This document shows positions 37,056 to 46,214 of a stretch of DNA of 51,472 bases, piece after piece. Position 1 is the stretch's first letter. Each line of letters opens with the position of its first letter. Under the pieces are notes generated by a model. It saw nothing but the letters and a program-made list of their open reading frames with translations, was not told the origin of the DNA and did no database searches. The position numbers were made by a program, and so were the translations under genes. Source of the stretch: Candidatus Moraniibacteriota bacterium (GTDB taxonomy: Bacteria; Patescibacteriota; Minisyncoccia; Moranbacterales; UBA1568). The stretch spans positions 1 to 51,472 of the forward strand of contig JAYVWV010000035.1 in NCBI GenBank assembly GCA_043785755.1, read 5' to 3'.

Positions 37056-37337
37056 CTATTTTACAGCTTCCTTCAAAGTCTTACCAGCAGTGAACTTCGG
37101 AACAGTCATTGCCGGAATCATGATCTTGGCCTTGGTCTGTGGGTTGATACCCTCGCGAGCTGCACGGTTGGAAACCTTAAACGTCCCGAAACCGGTGAGC
37201 GTTACTTTGTTGCCAGCGGAAAGTTCGCGGGTGATCTCGTCGGTCATGGCCTCAAGCATCGCTTCCACATCCTTCTTGGAAAGCTCAGTCTTGTCGACGA
37301 TAGCGTGGACGAGCGTGTCTTTGTTGATATTTTTCAT
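37056..37337 (-). CDS. hup: HU-family DNA-binding protein
   Basis: MKNINKDTLVHAIVDKTELSKKDVEAMLEAM...GFGTFKVSNRAAREGINPQT. The ATG at 37337 is preceded by aggtga, whereas the ORF-track start 37346 is a GTG. Confidence 0.93.
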   Translation of the reverse strand: MKNINKDTLVHAIVDKTELSKKDVEAMLEAMTDEITRELSAGNKVTLTGFGTFKVSNRAAREGINPQTKAKIMIPAMTVPKFTAGKTLKEAVK

Positions 37338-37441
37338 AGTACTCACCTGCCTTTCTAGTTTAGACTTTGCGTCCTCCTCTTGTATCTTCCGAAGAAGATC
37401 CTGAGAAACGAAAGTGCAAATTACCTTCTGTCCTTTATTCT

Positions 37442-37506
37442 AAGCCATTATTTCAAAGTATGCAATACCTAAGCCATTCCTTAGAAATACCGCTAAAGCA
37501 AGCCAT
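37442..37506 (-). repeat. Three phased copies of AAGCCAT (minus strand ATGGCTT) at exactly 29-nt spacing upstream of hup
   Basis: AAGCCAT at 37442-37448, 37471-37477 and 37500-37506. The first two copies extend to the 10-mer ctaagccatt. Confidence 0.6.
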
Positions 37507-37512
37507 GCATAG

Positions 37513-39036
37513 TTAGCGAGCGTACTCCACCGCGCGGGTTTCGCGGAACACATTGACCTTGATTTCTCCTGGGTACTTCAGTTCTTCTTCGATCCGTTTG
37601 GCGATATCACGCGCCAGTTTCATGGCACCGAGGTCATCCACTTTTTCTGGACTGACAAAGATGCGGACTTCACGGCCAGCCTGGATAGCATAGGACTTCT
37701 CCACTTCTGGGAAGGAATTGATGAGCGCCTCCAATTCTTCCAACCGCTTGATGTACTTCTCGGCTGTTTCCTTGCGAGCCCCGGGACGGGCTGCCGACAG
37801 AGCATCAGCAGCCGTGACGATGAAAGACTCAATCGTCTGGTGCGGGTACTCATCGTGGTGACACTTCATGGCGTCGATGACATTCTGGCCAATGTTGAAT
37901 TTCTCCAGAATGCGCATACCGATCTTGACGTGGGTTCCTTCGATTTCGTGATCGACCGCCTTGCCGATATCATGGAGCAAACCAGCCTTTTTAGCACAAG
38001 CGACATCCGCTCCCAGTTCGGCAGCCAGAGCACCAGCCAGATAGGACACTTCGAGCGAATGAAGCAAAACGTTCTGTTTATAACTGTAACGATAGCGCAG
38101 GCGGCCCAAGATATAGAGGAGCTTGGGGTGTAGTCCTGCGATACCAGCATCGTAGGCAGCTGCTTCGCCAGCCTCTTTGATTTTCTGATCGATTTCTTTC
38201 TTCCCCTCCTCGACCGCTTCTTCGATGCGGGCTGGGTGGATACGACCGTCACTGATAAGTTTTTCCAAAGCAATCCGAGCGATTTCGCGCCGCACCGGAT
38301 CGAAACCAGAAATAACGATGGAACCTGGCGTATCATCGACAATGAATTCCACACCGGATTCCTTTTCCAGGGCCCGGATATTGCGACCCTCCTTGCCAAT
38401 AATCTTGCCTTTGATGTCGTCAGAAGGAATGGACACTGTGGTCGTCGTAAATTCCGAGACGTGGGAACGGGAATACTTCTGGATAACCGTGGCCATGATA
38501 TTGAGCGAGCGCTTCTCGAGTTCATCGTGCGCCTCGTTCTCAAGCTTCGACATCCGTTTGACCAAGGCCTCCTTACTCTCTTCTTCAACCAACTGAAACA
38601 ACTTCCCCTGGGCTTCTTCCTGGGAAAGCTTGGCGACCTCCTGGAGGCGCACCATTTCTTCTTCACGCAGTTTCTCTGATTCCTCACGAATGGCCCGGAT
38701 CTCGTCTGCCTTCTGAAGTAGTTTGCGCTTCTCGGCCTCCGACTGCTCAGCCATCTTCTCTACCTGCTCCTCACGTTTTTCGATGCGTTTCTCCTGCAGG
38801 ATGATCTTTTCCTCCCGAGCCTGCTCATTCTTCTTGGCGTCCTCCAAAATCTGGACAGCCTTGTTCTTGGCCTCCAGTGTCACTTCCTGAGCCTTCACAC
38901 CGGCCTCTTCCACCATCCTGGCGGCTTGACCCTCCGCTGTAGAAAGCTGTTTCTTCGCCAGATTCTGCCTGACTAAATATCCGACCGTCACTCCTATAGC
39001 CAACGTGGCCATGCTAATAAGTATGTACCCTATCAT
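37513..39036 (-). CDS. rny: Ribonuclease Y
   Basis: N-terminal TM helix, coiled coil, KH domain ([15 protein letters not shown]), HD domain ([12 protein letters not shown]). Start ATG 39036, with an alternative TTG at 39078. Confidence 0.95.
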   Translation of the reverse strand: MIGYILISMATLAIGVTVGYLVRQNLAKKQLSTAEGQAARMVEEAGVKAQEVTLEAKNKAVQILEDAKKNEQAREEKIILQEKRIEKREEQVEKMAEQSEAEKRKLLQKADEIRAIREESEKLREEEMVRLQEVAKLSQEEAQGKLFQLVEEESKEALVKRMSKLENEAHDELEKRSLNIMATVIQKYSRSHVSEFTTTTVSIPSDDIKGKIIGKEGRNIRALEKESGVEFIVDDTPGSIVISGFDPVRREIARIALEKLISDGRIHPARIEEAVEEGKKEIDQKIKEAGEAAAYDAGIAGLHPKLLYILGRLRYRYSYKQNVLLHSLEVSYLAGALAAELGADVACAKKAGLLHDIGKAVDHEIEGTHVKIGMRILEKFNIGQNVIDAMKCHHDEYPHQTIESFIVTAADALSAARPGARKETAEKYIKRLEELEALINSFPEVEKSYAIQAGREVRIFVSPEKVDDLGAMKLARDIAKRIEEELKYPGEIKVNVFRETRAVEYAR

Positions 39037-39251
39037 ATCGATGTAGGGCGCGTCCGCTCGAGATTTTCGTGCTACCAAAAAATATTCTCTCCCTCCTGGA
39101 AAATAGGGGTTGGACTCATAATTATGCCTCCTTGTGCTTCATATTCTCTCATCATATGGGGCAATAGATGCCATTTTCGTAGCCGCATTCGAGTCTTCGC
39201 GCCATTCACTGTTTAAAACCTGTAAACCCATCATAGTCTTCGTTTTGCCTT

Positions 39252-39281
39252 TTGTCAAAAGGTAAATAAGGGTGCTATGAT
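39252..39281 (+). promoter_or_regulatory. Promoter TTGTCA-18 nt-(TGc)TATGAT upstream of gpmI
   Basis: ttgtca at 39252-39257 and tatgat at 39276-39281. Confidence 0.5.
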
Positions 39282-39312
39282 AAGAACGTCCTAAAGAAAA
39301 ATACCAAAAAAC

Positions 39313-40878
39313 ATGTATCGACCTATCGTACTCATCGTCCTCGACGGCTGGGGGCTCTCCAATAACGTGGCCGGCAACCCCATCCGCGAAGCCACGCTCC
39401 CTACTTTCGACAAACTTAACCGCTTTTACCCGATGACCACCCTCCAGGCCTCGGGTATTTCGGTCGGTCTCCCCTGGAATACCGCCGGTAATAGCGAGGT
39501 CGGTCACATGACCATGGGCGCCGGACGCGTCATCTACCAAAACATGCCCCGCATCTCGCTCTCTATCCAGGATGGCAGTTTCTTCAAAAATACCGTTCTC
39601 CTCGAAACTGTCTCCGCTGTCAAGGAGCACAAAGGCGATCTCCACCTGATGGGTCTGGTCAGCTCCGGCTCTGTTCATTCCCATAAGGACCATCTGATCG
39701 CCCTCCTGCGCTTGGCCAAAAACGAAGGCCTGGGAGAAGTGTATGTCCATGTCTTCACTGACGGACGTGATTCCGCCCCGACCGCCGGTATCCAACAACT
39801 GAAGGAGCTGCAACGCGAGATGCGCCTCGTTGGCATTGGCAAGATTGCCAGTCTTTCCGGGCGCAACTTTTCCATGGATCGCAACAACAACTGGGATCGC
39901 ATCGAAAAGTCCTACCGCATGCTGACGGAAGGCAAGGGCGAGCACAGTGATGATCCCGCTCTCATTCTCGAACAGTCTTACGGTAAAAACATCACCGACG
40001 AATACATCGAACCGACCAACATCACAGAGAAGGGTGTCCCCGTGGCCCTCATCAAAAAAGGCGACTCCGTCATCTTCTTCAACTTTCGTGAGGATCGAGC
40101 CCGTGAACTGACCCAGGCTTTCGTCCTACCTGATTTTTCCGGATTCACTCGGGAAAAACTCGACCTTCATTTCACCACCCTGATCGAATACGAACTCGGC
40201 CTGCCCGTAAACATCGCCTTCCCCCGAGAAGACATCAAGAACAGTCTGGGCGAGGTCTTGAGTCTGAGTAACAAGAAGCAGCTCCGCATCGCTGAGACGG
40301 AAAAGTACGCCCATGTCACCTACTTCTTCAATGGCGGTAATGAAAAAGCCTTCCCAGGAGAAGACCACCTGCTCATCCCTTCACCGGCCGTCTCGCACTT
40401 CGACGAGGTCCCCGAGATGAGCTCACCCCAGATTACCAACACGCTCCTCGAAAGCCTCAAGAAGAACCAGTACGATTTTATCCTCGCCAATTACGCCAAT
40501 GCCGATATGGTCGCTCACACCGGCAATGAAGAGGCTTCTATCAAGGCCGTCGAAGCCACTGACAAAAGTCTCTCCATCCTCGTACCAGCCATCCTGAAAG
40601 CCGGCGGGGCCATTGTCATCACCTCCGATCACGGCAACGTCGAGGAATTGAAAAAGCCTTCCACCGGAGCCATCGACACCGAACACTCCGTCAATCCCAT
40701 CCCACTCTGGTACCTGACGCCCGATAATCATCGCGAAAAAAGTGCCGAGGTGATGATGCGTGAACAGAACGAAGTCAATGGTCTCCTCTCCGATGTCGCT
40801 CCCACCATCCTCGATATGATGGAGATCCAAAAGCCACCGGAAATGAACGGCGCCAGTCTCTTGCCTATTCTCCAATAG
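39313..40878 (+). CDS. gpmI: 2,3-bisphosphoglycerate-independent phosphoglycerate mutase
   Basis: IVLDGWG...GNSEVGHMTMGAGRV...DGRDS...ADMVAHTG...TSDHGN. Confidence 0.95.
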   Translation: MYRPIVLIVLDGWGLSNNVAGNPIREATLPTFDKLNRFYPMTTLQASGISVGLPWNTAGNSEVGHMTMGAGRVIYQNMPRISLSIQDGSFFKNTVLLETVSAVKEHKGDLHLMGLVSSGSVHSHKDHLIALLRLAKNEGLGEVYVHVFTDGRDSAPTAGIQQLKELQREMRLVGIGKIASLSGRNFSMDRNNNWDRIEKSYRMLTEGKGEHSDDPALILEQSYGKNITDEYIEPTNITEKGVPVALIKKGDSVIFFNFREDRARELTQAFVLPDFSGFTREKLDLHFTTLIEYELGLPVNIAFPREDIKNSLGEVLSLSNKKQLRIAETEKYAHVTYFFNGGNEKAFPGEDHLLIPSPAVSHFDEVPEMSSPQITNTLLESLKKNQYDFILANYANADMVAHTGNEEASIKAVEATDKSLSILVPAILKAGGAIVITSDHGNVEELKKPSTGAIDTEHSVNPIPLWYLTPDNHREKSAEVMMREQNEVNGLLSDVAPTILDMMEIQKPPEMNGASLLPILQ

Positions 40879-40894
40879 GCAATCAACAAGAAAC

Positions 40895-40922
40895 AAAAAA
40901 CGAGCCCGCAGGCTCGTTTTTT
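40895..40922. terminator. Bidirectional terminator between gpmI and clpP
   Basis: aaaaaACGAGCCcgcaGGCTCGTtttttt. Confidence 0.8.
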
Positions 40923-40948
40923 CGATAGTGGCTCTTCATTGTCTCCTG

Positions 40949-41545
40949 CTACTTCTTTCCAGCTGAAAGGATCTTGTCGACCAAACCATACGTGGTGGCC
41001 TCTTCCGCTGTCATGAAGTAATCGCGCTCGGTATCCTTCTCGATCTTGGCCAATTTCTGACCGGTATGTTTGGCCAGAATTTTATTCAAACGATCACGCG
41101 TCTTCAAAATATGACGAGCATGAATGTCGATATCCGTCGCCTGGCCCGATGCTCCCCCGAGCACCTGATGGATCATCACTTCGCTATTCGGGAGGACCAT
41201 ACGTTTCCCCTTCTCGCCAGCAGCCAAAAGGAGTGCTGCAGCCGAAGCCGCCATCCCGATACAGATGGTCTGGATCTCTGGCCGGACATACTGCATGGTG
41301 TCATAGATGGCGAGGGCCGCCGTCACTGACCCACCCGGCGAATTGATATACATCTTGATATCCTCCTTGGGGTTGGCCGACTCCAAAAAAAGAAGCTGGG
41401 CGATGATGGCATTGGCCACTCCATCATCAATCGGTGAGCCGATGAAAATGATGCGGTCTTTGAGGAGGCGCGAGTAGATATCGTAGGCGCGTTCGCCAAA
41501 ACTCGTCTTCTCAACCACCATCGGAATGAGATATTGGTTGTTCAT
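40949..41545 (-). CDS. clpP: ATP-dependent Clp protease proteolytic subunit
   Basis: Start ATG 41545. [20 protein letters not shown] (catalytic Ser), MIHQ (catalytic His). Confidence 0.95.
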   Translation of the reverse strand: MNNQYLIPMVVEKTSFGERAYDIYSRLLKDRIIFIGSPIDDGVANAIIAQLLFLESANPKEDIKMYINSPGGSVTAALAIYDTMQYVRPEIQTICIGMAASAAALLLAAGEKGKRMVLPNSEVMIHQVLGGASGQATDIDIHARHILKTRDRLNKILAKHTGQKLAKIEKDTERDYFMTAEEATTYGLVDKILSAGKK

Positions 41546-41555
41546 AGGAAGATTC

Positions 41556-42845
41556 TTACAAGGTCTCCAACCACGCGAGCACTTTCTCATTACGCAACTG
41601 CCCTTCGATCGCGTGATAGAGGCGCTCCAAGTCCATGTTTTTCTCGATATCCTTGACGTTCTTGTAGTACTGCATGGCCTTGTTCATTTCCATTTCGATC
41701 TCCGTATGATCCACAACGAGATCTTCCTCCTTGGCCAAAGACTCCACCACCAAATGGGCGGCCAGGCGCTTCTTGGCCTGCGGTTCCCACTCTTTGAGTA
41801 GTCCCTCTTTGGTCTTTTTCATTTGCTCGAGGTAGACATCAAACGTGACGCCCATGGGCTCTAGTTGTGTTTCGAAATCATGGGTCATGCGGAGCAACTC
41901 CTGTTCGATCAAAAGCTTTGGAGGATCGATAGTCGCTTTGTCCACCAAGGCATCGAGAATATCTGTCCGGTGATCACTCTTATGCTGCTCTTTCTTTTCC
42001 ACGAGCATGCCCGTCTTCAGATTTTCCTTCACCTGTGCCAACGTCTCAAAGTGACCCAGACTCTTGGCAAAAGCATCATCGAGCACTGGCACCTCACGTT
42101 CCTCTACCACCCCCATCTTGACCTCGAAAGTGGCAGGCTTGCCAGCCAGATGTTTGGCATGATATTCGCTCGGAAAAGTGAGCTCAAAAGATTTTTCGTC
42201 ATATTCCTTCATCCCGACCAACATTTCCTCGAACCCAGGAATGAACACACCCTTCCCCAAAACGAGGGGGTGTTGGTCGCTCTTGCCACCTTCGATGATG
42301 ACGCCATCCTGCTTGACGATGAAGTCCACCAAGACGTTATCACCGAGCCGCGCTTCGCGGTTGACGGTCACCAATTTGGCTCGCATCCCGGCCAGACGTT
42401 CCAATTCTTTCGTGACATCTTGTTCCTCCACCACCACTTCTTTCTTTTTGAACGTAACATTCACTTTCTTCACGGCATCACGCCACGAAGCAAGCTTCAC
42501 TTCCGGCATAACGGTCGTCACGGCCGTGTAGGTGAATTCGGCACCTTCTTTCACTTCGCCTAAATGTACTTCCGGCTGACCGATAGCATCCACCTTTTCT
42601 TGTTCCAAAACTTTGGCATACGAATGAGACACGACATGCTCGGCTGCTTCCAGAAGAAGCGCCGGCTTACCGACTCGTTGTTCAACGACATGGAGAGGAA
42701 TTTTGCCCGGACGAAATCCTGGCACCTTCATCTGACCTGCCAATCCGGTCGCAGCGTGTTCGATCTCGCCCTGCCATTCTTCCCACGGCAACGTGACGGT
42801 CATCTCTACACGCGACTCCGGTAATTTTTTTACCGTTACTTGCAT
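41556..42845 (-). CDS. tig: Trigger factor
   Basis: N-terminal ribosome-binding motif GFRPGKIP, a central FKBP-like region, and a position upstream of clpP. Confidence 0.9.
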   Translation of the reverse strand: MQVTVKKLPESRVEMTVTLPWEEWQGEIEHAATGLAGQMKVPGFRPGKIPLHVVEQRVGKPALLLEAAEHVVSHSYAKVLEQEKVDAIGQPEVHLGEVKEGAEFTYTAVTTVMPEVKLASWRDAVKKVNVTFKKKEVVVEEQDVTKELERLAGMRAKLVTVNREARLGDNVLVDFIVKQDGVIIEGGKSDQHPLVLGKGVFIPGFEEMLVGMKEYDEKSFELTFPSEYHAKHLAGKPATFEVKMGVVEEREVPVLDDAFAKSLGHFETLAQVKENLKTGMLVEKKEQHKSDHRTDILDALVDKATIDPPKLLIEQELLRMTHDFETQLEPMGVTFDVYLEQMKKTKEGLLKEWEPQAKKRLAAHLVVESLAKEEDLVVDHTEIEMEMNKAMQYYKNVKDIEKNMDLERLYHAIEGQLRNEKVLAWLETL

Positions 42846-42875
42846 ACATTCTATAGGTTAAGTGCAATTCGAGAA

Positions 42876-43415
42876 TTACTTCTTGCCAAACTTTTCTTGA
42901 TACATCACAATTGATTTTTTGACAGCTTCAAGAGTCGCCTCTTTTCCCTTAAAACCAAGAATTTCTACCACTGCCGGCTTCCCCTTCAAAGCCTTGTAGG
43001 TTTCGAAGAAATGTTGGATCTCCTTGATGGTATGTTTATTGATATCATCGAGATCTTGCACATCTTCCCAACGCTTATCATCAACTGGTACACCGATAAC
43101 CTTATAGTCAGATTCGCCAGTATCGATCATTTCCATCAGCGCCACTGGGCGCACCTTTACCAAAATACCAGTCGGAATTGGAAAAGTGGCGAGGATGATC
43201 ACATCCAAGGCATCACCATCGTCCCACAATGTCTGAGGAACAAATCCATATTCAGCTGGAAACGCCGCCGATGAATAGTTCGCACGATCAAGCTTGATAA
43301 GACCAGTCTCCTTGTCGATCTCGTATTTGTTGAGTGATCCTTTGGGAACTTCAACAATAACGTTTATAATATTGGGAACTTCATCGCCCGAACCAACTTC
43401 ATGCCACAGATTCAT
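42876..43415 (-). CDS. ppa: Inorganic pyrophosphatase (family I)
   Basis: VVEVPKGSLNKYEID...YGFVPQTLWDDGDALDV...DYKVIGV. Confidence 0.93.
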   Translation of the reverse strand: MNLWHEVGSGDEVPNIINVIVEVPKGSLNKYEIDKETGLIKLDRANYSSAAFPAEYGFVPQTLWDDGDALDVIILATFPIPTGILVKVRPVALMEMIDTGESDYKVIGVPVDDKRWEDVQDLDDINKHTIKEIQHFFETYKALKGKPAVVEILGFKGKEATLEAVKKSIVMYQEKFGKK

Positions 43416-43457
43416 AGGATTGATAAATTATGAATTATTTTTTCAAAGCCCAACTTT

Positions 43458-43558
43458 CAAAACCCAAAGTCCAAACAAATCACAATTTTCAAAACACAAT
43501 TCTTCGTTTTCAAGTTTTGTGCTTTGAATTTTGTTTGGTTTTTGTGCTCTGGGTTTTG
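43458..43558 (-). promoter_or_regulatory. About 100-nt interrupted hairpin in the nusA-ppa intergenic region
   Basis: Arms CAAAACCCAGAG/CUUUGGGUUUUG, CCAAACAAA/UUUGUUUGG and UUCAAAGCACAA/UUGUGUUUUGAA. Both arm differences are G-U pairs only on the minus-strand RNA. Confidence 0.45.
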
Positions 43559-43570
43559 TGTTTTTCAGTA

Positions 43571-44899
43571 TTATTCCTTGGCCTCTTCCACCGGAGCCTC
43601 TTCGACGGCAATGTCAGTAACAGCTTCCCCGGCAGCCTCTTCCGCTGGCTTGCCAGCACCAGTCACATCGATCTTCCAACCAACCAACTTGGCTGCCAAA
43701 CGCACATTCTGACCGCGCTTACCGATAGCGAGCGACAGTTGATCTTCCGGCACCGTGACGAGCGTGCGCATCTCTTCTTCGAAAAGCTTCACGTTCAAAA
43801 CTTTGGCGGGAGACAGAGCAGCCGCGATAAACTTCTCGGTGTTCTCGTTCCATTCAATGATATCGATCTTCTCACCACCGAGCGCATCGATGATCGTCTG
43901 GACACGCGTCCCCTTCTGACCCACGCAGGAGCCAATCGGGTCGACCCCTTCCTCATCGGAAAAGACAGCGATCTTGGTCCGAGAACCAGCCTCACGGGCC
44001 AGCGCCTTGATCTGTACCGTGCCAGTGAAAACTTCTGGTACTTCCAAAGAAAATAAATGACGCACCATTTCTGGATGAGTACGCGACAAAAGCATGCCCG
44101 GACCCTTACTGTCGGACTCGACTCGCACCAGATACACCTTGATGTGCTGCCCCGTGCGGTAGGTTTCGCCTTCGATCTGCTCCGAAGGAAAGAGGACGCC
44201 TGTGGACTTGCCGAGATCAACAAAGACATTGCGACCCTCGACTCGCTGCACGGTTCCATTGACCACTTGGCCTTCTTTTTCTTTGTATTCGTCGAACATG
44301 CTCTGACGTTCCGCCTCGCGGATACGCTGGATGATCACCTGCTTGGCCGTCTGAGCAGCCACGCGACCGAACTCCTCATAAGGAGGAAGTGGCAATTCGA
44401 TCAGCTCGCCAAGAGTTGTGTCCTTCTTGATTTTTTTGGCTTCTTCCAAAAGCATATCGCGCTCCGGGTTGTAGCGTGGCAAGCGTTCCTCATCACCGTC
44501 GCCCATGGGTGTGATGATGTCATCCTCCCTGTGGCCAACCCGCCTTTTGTCTGCTATCGCCTCGGCCTCAGTCGCGGCCAATTCTTCATCAGAAACCTCG
44601 ACAAATTCACGGGTGTTTTCATCCACCACTTCCTTGACCAAAAAGAAGCTGGCGCTCTTCGCCACCTCATCAAACTTGGCCCGGATGACCTGGCCCTTCT
44701 TGCCATAGTCCTTCTTGTAGGCAGCGGCCAAGGCGGCCTCTACTACTTCGAGCACCCGCTCGCGCGAGATACCCTTCTCATCGGCGATCTGCATGACGGC
44801 ACTCCCGAATTCGCCTAAGCGCCCCGAAAGACTGCCTTCATCGGCTGCCCCTTCTTCCTCTTCTATGACTTCTTCTTTGACTGCTTTTTTCCTGGCCAT
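43571..44899 (-). CDS. nusA: Transcription termination/antitermination factor NusA
   Basis: S1 domain (VNGTVQRVEGRNVFVDLG) and KH domains (GSRTKIAV...DPIGSCVGQKGTRVQ; AIGKRGQNVRLA), with acidic N- and C-terminal extensions. Confidence 0.93.
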   Translation of the reverse strand: MARKKAVKEEVIEEEEGAADEGSLSGRLGEFGSAVMQIADEKGISRERVLEVVEAALAAAYKKDYGKKGQVIRAKFDEVAKSASFFLVKEVVDENTREFVEVSDEELAATEAEAIADKRRVGHREDDIITPMGDGDEERLPRYNPERDMLLEEAKKIKKDTTLGELIELPLPPYEEFGRVAAQTAKQVIIQRIREAERQSMFDEYKEKEGQVVNGTVQRVEGRNVFVDLGKSTGVLFPSEQIEGETYRTGQHIKVYLVRVESDSKGPGMLLSRTHPEMVRHLFSLEVPEVFTGTVQIKALAREAGSRTKIAVFSDEEGVDPIGSCVGQKGTRVQTIIDALGGEKIDIIEWNENTEKFIAAALSPAKVLNVKLFEEEMRTLVTVPEDQLSLAIGKRGQNVRLAAKLVGWKIDVTGAGKPAEEAAGEAVTDIAVEEAPVEEAKE

Positions 44900-44993
44900 A
44901 CGGTTGTATGAAAATTAGTAGTTTTCTTCAAATTAACACTCAAAACCCCTACTCTGACATGTCCCGAAAAACACTTTTCCCGGACGAGGAACG

Positions 44994-45017
44994 AAAAAAG
45001 CTCGCTTACTAGCGAAC
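44994..45017 (-). terminator. Terminator-like hairpin inside the predicted nusA leader (candidate attenuator)
   Basis: Minus strand GUUCGCU-agua-AGCGAGC followed by UUUUUU. A second hairpin lies at 44961-44985. Confidence 0.5.
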
Positions 45018-45043
45018 CCTTCATACCTTGAGACTGTAGCCCT

Positions 45044-45072
45044 AGTATAGGCGAAAAAATCGATTTTGTCAA
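45044..45072 (-). promoter_or_regulatory. Promoter TTGACA-17 nt-TATACT upstream of nusA
   Basis: Minus strand reads tggTTGACAaaatcgattttttcgccTATACTagg. Confidence 0.65.
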
Positions 45073-45269
45073 CCACCCATAATATTTCGATACCTTTGCA
45101 TCACCCATATGCTCTGGACCCAGGGCCATTTAAGGCAAAGATGTGTCCTAAATAAACACTTTAGAAGACTTCTCTACCCCCCACAACCTTATTTTTTGTC
45201 CATCCCCACATGCGCACGCACAGTAACGGTCGTTACTATATGTGTGCATATTATAAGACTGAGGAAATC

Positions 45270-45851
45270 TTATGGAAGGCCAAACGACTTTCTTAGTCTT
45301 GCATCGTCTTCGACCCTCTCCACTGTCATATAGAGAAGCTCCCCACCCAAATGACACTCGGCTTTCAAAAGCGCTACCAGCTCTTCGCACTGGTAGGGGT
45401 ACACCCAGACGCTGTCCTGGAGTCTCAGGAATCCAAATCGGAAAATACTTTTCCTTATCTGATCCCTTCTGCCTCTTTTCGTTTCACAAATATCGAAAAT
45501 AACCACCCGCCACTTCCCGTCCCAGCGTTGTTTCTTCTGCCCTGACTCCTTGAGCTTGTGTTTCAAAAGCTCACGTTCTCCCTTTTCGGTGAGTTTTGCG
45601 ATCAAAATACCACCCTCCCGATACGTCGTGATCAATCCTCTTTTCTGCAGCCTTCCGACCATTCCCGCCACATACGTCGGCGTGCGATAGCGACGCTTTT
45701 GCCGAACGAAAGGCGCGATCGCTTTCATCACCCCAGGGACCACTGCTACCAGCGGGACGACGCCGAGCACAGCGATAAAAGCGAGAGCTGTCTTTACAAG
45801 CTCAATCTGTTTCTTCCTGTTTTTTTCGTCTTTATTTTCCTCTTGCGACAT
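45270..45851 (-). CDS. Membrane-anchored wHTH protein with a PaaX_C/Cas2-fold C-terminal domain (PaaX-like regulator)
   Basis: Start ATG 45851 (MSQEENKD). TM helix ALAFIAVLGVVPLVAVVPGV, wHTH-like MVGRLQKRGLITTYREGG..LTEKGERE, then WDGKWRVVIFDICETKRGRRDQIRKSIFRFGFLRLQDSVWVYP. Confidence 0.55.
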   Translation of the reverse strand: MSQEENKDEKNRKKQIELVKTALAFIAVLGVVPLVAVVPGVMKAIAPFVRQKRRYRTPTYVAGMVGRLQKRGLITTYREGGILIAKLTEKGERELLKHKLKESGQKKQRWDGKWRVVIFDICETKRGRRDQIRKSIFRFGFLRLQDSVWVYPYQCEELVALLKAECHLGGELLYMTVERVEDDARLRKSFGLP

Positions 45852-46074
45852 ACTCGAGTTACTCGCCTCATTGAACCAGAGCTTATTGAGCAAAGACAGA
45901 GTATTTCTATTTCTTTCCCTCTGCACACAGTATAGCACGACCGTTACCTTGTGTGTGCAGTGAAAAGAACGGGCGAGGAAAGAAAGTAGATATGTATAAA
46001 AGTGCTGTTTTTCTTCTTATATAAGCCATTTCTTGTGCTTATGCACCTCAAGAGTAGTATTTGGCCGCTTTCCA

Positions 46075-46103
46075 TTGACTTTTCTGCTTTTTTATGCTAT
46101 AAT
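46075..46103 (+). promoter_or_regulatory. Consensus promoter TTGACT-17 nt-(TGc)TATAAT
   Basis: ttgact at 46075-46080, 17-nt spacer tttctgcttttttatgc, tataat at 46098-46103. Confidence 0.7.
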
Positions 46104-46130
46104 GGACGGTTACAGAATCATCCACCGCGA

Positions 46131-46184
46131 GGTGCGGGGACTGTGACACTTGTGGGGAGAATTCGCTTTCCACAAGCCCGCACC
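46131..46184 (+). promoter_or_regulatory. Structured 5' leader: nested hairpin with a competing GNRA mini-hairpin
   Basis: GGUGCGGG (46131-38) pairs with CCCGCACC (46177-84), and the inner CUUGUGG (46149-55) pairs with CCACAAG (46170-76). The alternative hairpin CACC-GCGA-GGUG (46123-34) reuses the first four bases. Confidence 0.45.
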
Positions 46185-46214
46185 TTTACAACCAACTGAT
46201 CTAAGGAGATCACC

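Noticed and set aside
45270-45851. The Cas2-like domain as evidence for a CRISPR-Cas locus.
   Set aside because: No CRISPR repeats and no cas1 or effector genes occur anywhere in the window. The domain context (wHTH plus Cas2-fold) is that of PaaX-type regulators.
46123-46184. The leader of the plus-strand cassette as a guanidine-III (CGAGGUGCG-like) or other known riboswitch.
   Set aside because: Only a 9-nt resemblance was found, and the rest of the consensus as I remember it, including the pseudoknot, is absent. It is kept only as an unclassified structured leader.
46002-46199. 65-aa plus-strand ORF upstream of the cassette.
   Set aside because: It overlaps the consensus promoter and the leader helices. 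It has no SD and an implausible composition.
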